The notes below the pieces were generated by a model. The model was not told the DNA's origin. It saw only the letters and a program-made list of their open reading frames with translations, and ran no database searches. Position numbers and translations under genes: made by a program. DNA of 32,000 nt from Acaryochloris thomasi RCC1774 (lineage in GTDB: Bacteria; Cyanobacteriota; Cyanobacteriia; Thermosynechococcales; Thermosynechococcaceae): positions 393,918-425,917 of the forward strand of contig NZ_PQWO01000004.1 of assembly GCF_003231495.1 (NCBI RefSeq). The letters run 5' to 3'. Shown in pieces: positions 26,140-32,000 of the stretch (the stretch's first letter is position 1; each line of letters starts with the position of its first letter).

Positions 26140-29100
26140 TTAAAACGCATTGGCTGATGTATCCATCGCGTCAGCCCGATCGTCACAGATTTCTGAGAGG
26201 TTAATCCCTTGCCCCTGACTGTTGTACAGCCCGCCGCGCTGAGACTCAGGGGCTAGCGTTGAATTCAGTCGCCGACAGGCTCGACCTATCAGCGTCTCTA
26301 AAGTATCGACAGGCCAAACTTTTACAGTCGTCTGAGGTGTCTGACCGTGAGGCGCATCTTCGATGACTGCAATCTGAGTCCAGTCAGGATTGAGAGCTGA
26401 CAGAATGCCGTAGTAATTCGCCGTGTCGTATTGGGCAATTTGTCGCCCTTGAAGATCCCAGATGCGGGCAGTGCGATCTCTAATGCTAGAAGTTGCAAAC
26501 TTTTGCCCATCGGGGCTAAACCGGAACTGATCAATGGCTCCTGAGTGGCCGATAAAGGTGGTAATTTGCTGACCGTCAAGGGTCCAGAGCTGGACGTTGC
26601 CGCTGTCTTGAGCAACAGCGTAGCGATCGCCGGTCGGACTCGGCCAAACTTTGCTGCTGTACAACTCCTCAGAGGGATGCCGTTGCGTCTCCTCTAGTAG
26701 CTTGCCTTGGGTATTCCAGCGACGGAGGGCACCATCAACAGCCGCTGTTATGATCTGGTTTTGCCCTGCTGAAAACCATGCTGTGGCAATGTCTGAACCC
26801 GCAGGATGCTTCAGTGTTGCAGTCTGTTGGCCTTGGCTATCCCAGAATGCGATCACCCCATCGAAGTCCTGTGTCGCAATGCGATTGTCCCCCAAACTGA
26901 AAAGAGCCTTATGGGTTTTTGGCACAACGAAAGTCTGACGTAATCTGCCGCTCAAATCCCAGGACTTGATTGTCTTTTGATCGATCAGAGCAGTAATACG
27001 ACGACTGTTGAAGCTCCAAATGAGATCGTATCCTTGGGTTTGTCCCTCGACCGGAATGGCCGCAACCTGCCGACCATCAGAGTTCCATAGTCGGATCATG
27101 ACATCCTTGGAGGAGAACATATTAGATTCGACCGTGGCAAGATGCTTTCCTTGAGGCTGAAAGACGGGGGCACTAATGCTCGTCTCTTTCAAAGAGTGCG
27201 TTTTGAGCAAGGTGCCGTCTTCAGTCCAGAGACGCAAGATACTCCCTTTCCCTGGCCTAGCATCAACCGTAACCATGCGGTTATTTTGCGAGGTGAAGCC
27301 AACAAACCAAGGGCGGTGCTCGGAACTGGCAGAAGGTAACGACGTCAGTTGATTTCCCTGTATATTCCAGAGATGGGTGGCATTGTCAGAAGAGGAAGAG
27401 GCGGTACTGACTAAATAGCGATCGCTACCAAACCAAAGTCTCTGGGACCATTCCTTGGCTTCAGATGTGGATTGGATTTCGGGAACATGCCCCTTGAAAC
27501 TAAGAATTTGATTGCCCTTTAAATCTTGAATCTGAATCTCGCCCTCCCAAGTGAGTCCAGCCATGCGATCGCCGGATGGACTAAAGTCAAATGCTGCAAA
27601 GTCAGGGCGCTTGAGTTCTTGGATCAGCTCGCCTTGGAGGTCCGTAAGCTGTATTGTTTTTTTGTCATCACTCCACACCTGCAAATGCCGACCGGATGTC
27701 GATAAAGTGATCGTGCTATGACTGGTCGCCTCATCAATTATCTGACCGGCTAGATTCCAACGTCGCACAATACTGCGATGTTCGCGGCTGTTACTGCTCC
27801 CGTCCCCTTTTTCCGCTTCAATCTTGTTAATTTCTTGCTGGTCAACCGTTACAATCTCTCCCTGTTCTGGGTAGAATGCCACCTGCGTACCGTCGGCAAA
27901 CCTATCGTCAATTTCAATATTGAGTGTCGTCACGCGTTTACCACCTAACTTATGAATGCAGAGCCGTCCGGCACAGCTCATCGCGACTAGATTTCGACGA
28001 CCCAATGCTGAGGGTTGTTCGGGAGAGGCGACATAGACAGACCACAGTTTGAAGTCCTCCGACTGCTTTGCAGCGTTTAGTGGATACTCTTGGAGTTTTT
28101 TCCCTTGGATATCCCAGAGCTTTAGCAGCGGTGTACCCTCAGCACCACTCAACGTTATATACCGCTGGCTATCGGCGCTCAACCATACATCTGGGATGTT
28201 TTTCCTTTGACTGAAGAACCGGAGTTCATCGGGGCCATCGTAGATCGTTCCCGCCTGTTGAATCTGGTCCAAAATCGTTTGTAATGCCAGTAAGGGGCTG
28301 GCTGCGGGGTACTCAGCTAGCCGTCGACCATCCGCGACAATTTGCTGCAGCTCTTTGCCTAAGTTGACAGCCGCGACCAATCCTGAAATTTGCTGCACTG
28401 AAAACCGCTGTAGAACCTCTAAGCCAGAACGCTCTAGTCTTGTACCCTCTTGGGCTTCTTGCTGGGCGATGAGGGCGATTTGAGTGTTTGATTCCGCCTT
28501 GGCTTGGGCCGACTCTGCCTGTACTTGGGCCGTGAGCGCTTGACGAGTATTGGCTTTAGCCTGCGCTTCACTTGAGATCGCATCCCGCTGTTCCAGTTCA
28601 GCTTGTTGCCGTTCCAGTTCAGCCTGTTGAGTGCGCGATTGAGCGGAAAGCGTGGCTTGATTGGCCTGCGTCGCTCGTCGGCGAGCTGCGATAATCTGTC
28701 GGTTTGCGGCCTGAATTTTGGTTCGGGTTTGTTTTTGTGTCCGAGTGAGAATCTGGTTGGCTTGCTTTACATCAGATTGGGCAAGGGTTAATTCAGTGCG
28801 CGCTTTCTGTGAGGCTCGCTCAGCCAAGCGCGTTTTTGACTGAGCCGTCTGGAATGCCTGTTCTGCCTCACTCGTCTTTTCGTTCGCCGCTCTCGCCTCA
28901 ATAGCGGCCTGACTAGAGTAGGTCAGAGATCCGGCTAAAGCTAACCCCGCAAAGGTTAGAATGCCTGCCCCTAAACGAATGCGCTGATTGGCTTTTTTGT
29001 TGGCTTTAGCAAGGATCTGCTTGGCCTCTGCTTCAAGGGCTAGGGCCGCCTCAACCCTTTCTTTCTCAGCTTCCTGACAGGCAGCCAGAAAGGTATAGTC

Positions 29101-30309
29101 CAAATCGCTGAGGCTTTTGCCATCCGCCCAGACCTGAGCCTCTTTGAGCGCAGTTCCCCGCAGCAGCCGTGATGAGTCCTGGTGATTTGAAGCCACCCAA
29201 GCCTCTAGCGCTGGGGCATAGGGGCGCAGGTCAGCCAAGGACTGTGTGACCCAATCTTGATTAAAAACTCTGGCATAGATGGGGTTAAAAACCTGAAGCT
29301 GTCCCTGGCGTCTAACCACCAGCCCGGTTAAACGTAGCTCTCGCTGCTCGGAACTGTCATTGGCCTGCACGCCCTGCTGTTGCAGGATGTTTTGATAGAG
29401 CCCCAGCAGGCGTCCAGAGCTATTGGGATTGCAGAAGATGCGATCGCGAATCGTTCTCAGATGCTCAGGCTCATCCTGACTTTCCCAGTTCTCAATCACG
29501 TAGGCTTGAGCCACCTGTTCAATATTGGAATTGTTGCCTTCAGCCACTAACTGACAGAGCTTCTGAGTCAAAAATGGCTGTCCCCCCGTCCAGTACAAAA
29601 TCTGCTCCAGCGCCTGCTCGGGAGCCTCTGCTCCTAATCCTGGCATCAATGCATTCTGAGCTTGGTCGAGCTCAAATCCATTCAGCTCAATGGCCCGCCC
29701 GATATTAAACGGGGTTCGTTTTTTATCCGCAATCAGATCGGAGGGAGTGGCAACCCCAAGTAAACAAAAGGTCAGTCGCCGATAGTTTGGATCATCGGCC
29801 CGGTTGTTATAGCAGGACCGAATCCAGCTGAAGAAATCATCAGTAGAAAAGTCAAAACTGAGAACGCTATCGATTTCATCAATAAAGATAACGATGTTAT
29901 CGGTGACTGCCGTGAGCAGCACCTCATCGATTAGCTCACTCAGCTGCTGGACGGGCGAAAGAAAGCTATGCTCATCCCACCACTGTCGCCATTTGAATTT
30001 CTTGGCCTGTTTGAAATTTCGAAGAATGCGATAGGCAACTCCTTTGTACCAAGCCTCTTCTGCAATCTCGGTACCGATGGCTGATAAGTCCACGACTCCA
30101 CAGGCGGTACCCTCAGCCTGTAGCTGCTGCATCACCCGCACCCGCAGGCTAGACTTACCCATTTGCCGTGAGTTGAGAACGTAGCAGAACTCACCGTTTT
30201 TCAGAGCCTGGTAGAGATTTCGGTCGGCGGTCCGCACAACATAGGTGGGATCATCTAGAGGAAGACTGCCCCCCAGATGACGGTAGGGATGAGATGGGTT
30301 AGCGTTCAT
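26140..30309 (-). CDS. AAA-like ATPase (PF14516-type), then TM, long coiled coil and WD40 beta-propellers
   Basis: - N-terminus: YVVRTADRNLYQALKNGEFCYVLNSRQMGKSSL (Walker A-like) and IVIFIDEIDS (Walker B).
- One hydrophobic helix: LGAGILTFAGLALAGSL.
- About 170 aa of Q/A/R/T-rich coiled coil.
- About 700 aa of WD40-like repeats (IRLWNSDGRQ, IKSWDLSGR, VQLWTLDGQQ, ARIWDLQGRQ).
- The likely start is MNANPSHPY at 30309. The track ORF extends to 30450. Confidence 0.85.
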   Translation of the reverse strand: MNANPSHPYRHLGGSLPLDDPTYVVRTADRNLYQALKNGEFCYVLNSRQMGKSSLRVRVMQQLQAEGTACGVVDLSAIGTEIAEEAWYKGVAYRILRNFKQAKKFKWRQWWDEHSFLSPVQQLSELIDEVLLTAVTDNIVIFIDEIDSVLSFDFSTDDFFSWIRSCYNNRADDPNYRRLTFCLLGVATPSDLIADKKRTPFNIGRAIELNGFELDQAQNALMPGLGAEAPEQALEQILYWTGGQPFLTQKLCQLVAEGNNSNIEQVAQAYVIENWESQDEPEHLRTIRDRIFCNPNSSGRLLGLYQNILQQQGVQANDSSEQRELRLTGLVVRRQGQLQVFNPIYARVFNQDWVTQSLADLRPYAPALEAWVASNHQDSSRLLRGTALKEAQVWADGKSLSDLDYTFLAACQEAEKERVEAALALEAEAKQILAKANKKANQRIRLGAGILTFAGLALAGSLTYSSQAAIEARAANEKTSEAEQAFQTAQSKTRLAERASQKARTELTLAQSDVKQANQILTRTQKQTRTKIQAANRQIIAARRRATQANQATLSAQSRTQQAELERQQAELEQRDAISSEAQAKANTRQALTAQVQAESAQAKAESNTQIALIAQQEAQEGTRLERSGLEVLQRFSVQQISGLVAAVNLGKELQQIVADGRRLAEYPAASPLLALQTILDQIQQAGTIYDGPDELRFFSQRKNIPDVWLSADSQRYITLSGAEGTPLLKLWDIQGKKLQEYPLNAAKQSEDFKLWSVYVASPEQPSALGRRNLVAMSCAGRLCIHKLGGKRVTTLNIEIDDRFADGTQVAFYPEQGEIVTVDQQEINKIEAEKGDGSSNSREHRSIVRRWNLAGQIIDEATSHSTITLSTSGRHLQVWSDDKKTIQLTDLQGELIQELKRPDFAAFDFSPSGDRMAGLTWEGEIQIQDLKGNQILSFKGHVPEIQSTSEAKEWSQRLWFGSDRYLVSTASSSSDNATHLWNIQGNQLTSLPSASSEHRPWFVGFTSQNNRMVTVDARPGKGSILRLWTEDGTLLKTHSLKETSISAPVFQPQGKHLATVESNMFSSKDVMIRLWNSDGRQVAAIPVEGQTQGYDLIWSFNSRRITALIDQKTIKSWDLSGRLRQTFVVPKTHKALFSLGDNRIATQDFDGVIAFWDSQGQQTATLKHPAGSDIATAWFSAGQNQIITAAVDGALRRWNTQGKLLEETQRHPSEELYSSKVWPSPTGDRYAVAQDSGNVQLWTLDGQQITTFIGHSGAIDQFRFSPDGQKFATSSIRDRTARIWDLQGRQIAQYDTANYYGILSALNPDWTQIAVIEDAPHGQTPQTTVKVWPVDTLETLIGRACRRLNSTLAPESQRGGLYNSQGQGINLSEICDDRADAMDTSANAF

Positions 30310-30510
30310 GATGGGAAAAGAGAGAGGGATGCGATCGCAAAAAAATATTGGGCTGGATAGGCCAGCCTCTAAACCCCAGGGAAATCGATAGGCTGGACCC
30401 ATAATAGCTGGAGCATTAGAGAGATCGGCAAAGACTTCATGTATTCTCAAGTTGCCTGATCGTGATGCTCCAGCTCGGTGTCTGAGTCGCCAGTCGTAGG
30501 CTTAATTAAG

Positions 30511-30930
30511 CTATCGAAGGGTGATGGTATATTGCTGACCTTGCGTACACTTGACCAACGTGCCAGATTCTTTCTTGCTGACTTTCCAGCTCCACTTGCC
30601 CTTATTTGTCAGCGTCCGGTATTTCACCCTGATTTTAGTGTCGTCTTTATTGACCTTCTCTAGATTCCGAATCTCTTGCCAGGGTTGACCACTGGGGATA
30701 ACCTCATTCGGGACTGGCTCTGAACGCCACTTATCATCTTTCTCATCCCAGTAGTCGAGATCAATAACCTTGATTTTTTGACTGGTATCATTTTGAACTT
30801 TGAGATAAGCGTCTTTACAGCTTTTACGAAATATTCCTGCTGATGCTGGAGACGAAAGCATCATGAGTGGTGCGACTGCTGTTAGGAATGCAAACTTTAG
30901 ACTGAGTGCTTTTTTAGCTGTGTTATTCAT
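30511..30930 (-). CDS. Hypothetical secreted protein, Lys-rich
   Basis: The 139-aa ORF has a signal peptide (LTAVAPLMMLSSPASA). I do not recognise a family. Confidence 0.45.
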   Translation of the reverse strand: MNNTAKKALSLKFAFLTAVAPLMMLSSPASAGIFRKSCKDAYLKVQNDTSQKIKVIDLDYWDEKDDKWRSEPVPNEVIPSGQPWQEIRNLEKVNKDDTKIRVKYRTLTNKGKWSWKVSKKESGTLVKCTQGQQYTITLR

Positions 30931-31033
30931 TGTGATTCACCCGACTGAGTTCTTCTAGTTTTGGATAGATGTGTGCAGAAGCTGATGTGTTGCTCTGATG
31001 TGGATCAGCTTTCTTAAATGATGGGAAATAGTC

Positions 31034-31522
31034 TTAGTTAACCTGAGTCATTTCAACAATGGCAGGTCGCACTTGTTGAAGGTCTAGGACACAGATTCCA
31101 AAAGCATTCGCATCACGGCACGGTCCTTTGGAGGTCAGATAGTTTTGCGCTGCGTAGCTGCTGGAAAACGCTCGAGTATGAACCTGCTCACCAATGCCCG
31201 CATATCGGAAGATCGCGTAGTGCGTTCTTTGAAACTCCTGCTGCTTTTTGGTCGCAGTCTCTTTGTCAACAGGGCCAAAACGTTGCACAACACTGCGGGT
31301 ATGGGGGTTCTTCTGAGTCACGGAATATTTAGGTGCTGAGGGAGGTGTGACGGGCGTTGTTCCACCGTCGCATCCGAGTCTGAGGCCGGGTAGCTCAATA
31401 CAAAAAGCATGGGCCGGTGCATGGGTAAAAGTTGTAACTGCAGCCAGGCTTAAAGCAGTGGTTGCGGTGAGAAGTAGACCTTTTTTGGCTAAAACTTGAG
31501 CGATTGCTTGAGTATTTTTCAC
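31034..31522 (-). CDS. Hypothetical secreted protein
   Basis: The ORF is open up to 31618, but a GTG at 31522 is preceded by AGGAG at 7-nt spacing. That start yields VKNTQAIAQVLAKKGLLLTATTALSLAAVTTFTHAPAHA, which is signal-like. I do not recognise a family. Confidence 0.45.
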   Translation of the reverse strand: MKNTQAIAQVLAKKGLLLTATTALSLAAVTTFTHAPAHAFCIELPGLRLGCDGGTTPVTPPSAPKYSVTQKNPHTRSVVQRFGPVDKETATKKQQEFQRTHYAIFRYAGIGEQVHTRAFSSSYAAQNYLTSKGPCRDANAFGICVLDLQQVRPAIVEMTQVN

Positions 31523-31760
31523 TGTGTTTCTCCTGACTGTTAATAAAGATTGGTGCGAATTGAATTGATGTATTCGCTTGACAATTTCAATCTTCATCGA
31601 ACTCAGAAGAATCCTCAATGGGACAAAATGGGATGTCGAAACTCTTGTTTATGGGGTGCTCAGCGAGAACATTAGGTTTTATTAGGTGCTGAACTCGCTG
31701 CTCAATAGTCGTGGTGCTAGAGTTAGAGAGAATCAGTCAAACGTTGATTGAGTTGCATCC

Positions 31761-32000
31761 ATGACTTATGCAAAGACGCTTTACGAGACTGACACCGTGG
31801 CTTGGTCCGATCAACAGGCTCAGATTCTGCGTGATCGTCGTTGGCATGATTTGGATTTGGGCAACTTAATCGAGGGCACTGTCCAGCTAAGAAGTGACGC
31901 ATCTAAAACTTCTGACCACCAATATCTCAGCAATTTCAACTGGCCGCTGGATGAATCCCAACACCATCGCAGGGGTGCGCTTGTGTCGGTGGCCCCAGTG
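31761..32000 (+). CDS. DUF29-like N-terminus; possibly a fragment, runs off the window
   Basis: MTYAKTLYETDTVAWSDQQAQILRDRRWHDLDLGNLIE matches the DUF29 N-terminal pattern (LYE.D...W...QA.LLR...W..LD..NLIEEIE). After NLIE the sequence (GTVQLRSDASKT...) no longer resembles DUF29. Confidence 0.4.
   Translation, partial: MTYAKTLYETDTVAWSDQQAQILRDRRWHDLDLGNLIEGTVQLRSDASKTSDHQYLSNFNWPLDESQHHRRGALVSVAPV

Noticed and set aside
30310-30450. The upstream 47 codons of the AAA-WD40 ORF. A similar extension exists at 31523-31618 for the 194-aa ORF.
   Set aside because: The family-typical N-terminus begins at MNANPSHPY (30309). For the other gene, a GTG at 31522 has an AGGAG Shine-Dalgarno and yields a proper signal peptide.
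1-32000. A search by eye for CRISPR arrays, tRNA or rRNA genes, IS elements, integrases and phage genes.
   Set aside because: I saw no regularly spaced direct repeats, no cloverleaf-like or rRNA-like segments, and no transposase or integrase motifs in any listed or hand-translated ORF. A tRNAscan or Infernal run would be needed to exclude small RNAs rigorously.

Overview
The window looks cyanobacterial. The HIP1 octamer GCGATCGC occurs about twenty times by eye (e.g. 2450, 4616, 5747, 9852, 10671, 11058), and a psaJ gene is present. GC is moderate. I saw no rRNA, tRNA, CRISPR array, transposase or integrase.

Gene content, left to right:
- a GH38 alpha-mannosidase truncated by the window edge (minus strand, absent from the ORF track)
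- a TPR + CHAT protease-like protein
- a TIGR03643/DUF2805 protein
- an unlisted 36-aa psaJ
- several small secreted or hypothetical proteins, and a CPXCG zinc-ribbon protein
- a decayed copy of the tex 5' end, then a VapBC-like toxin-antitoxin pair, then intact tex
- a single-module NRPS (truncated C, then A-T-TE)
- a lipoprotein
- a fused double M16 peptidase
- an ~860-bp AT-rich gap
- a compact RiPP-like cluster
- an HpsA-like pseudopilin-type protein
- a 1.4-kaa AAA-like ATPase / TM / coiled-coil / WD40 protein
- two small secreted proteins and a DUF29-like fragment

The most interesting locus is 19687-24141. An unlisted 54-codon ORF with a strong Shine-Dalgarno encodes a peptide whose leader matches the lasso-peptide motif (YxxPxLx3Gx5Tx, then Gly). 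Its core is GYGRRRRRRRHARHIFIKRARLKHPQGSGS, which has no Asp or Glu and so cannot form a lasso macrolactam. It ends in Ser. It is followed by an HPr-kinase-like kinase, an ABC exporter and an NTP_transf_5-type nucleotidyltransferase. These are the accessory genes of kinase-type lasso clusters, but no lasso cyclase, B1/RRE or B2 protease is in the window. A ~68-nt repeat brackets the precursor-kinase unit.

All calls rest on reading and translating the sequence by eye and on remembered family motifs. No database search was run.
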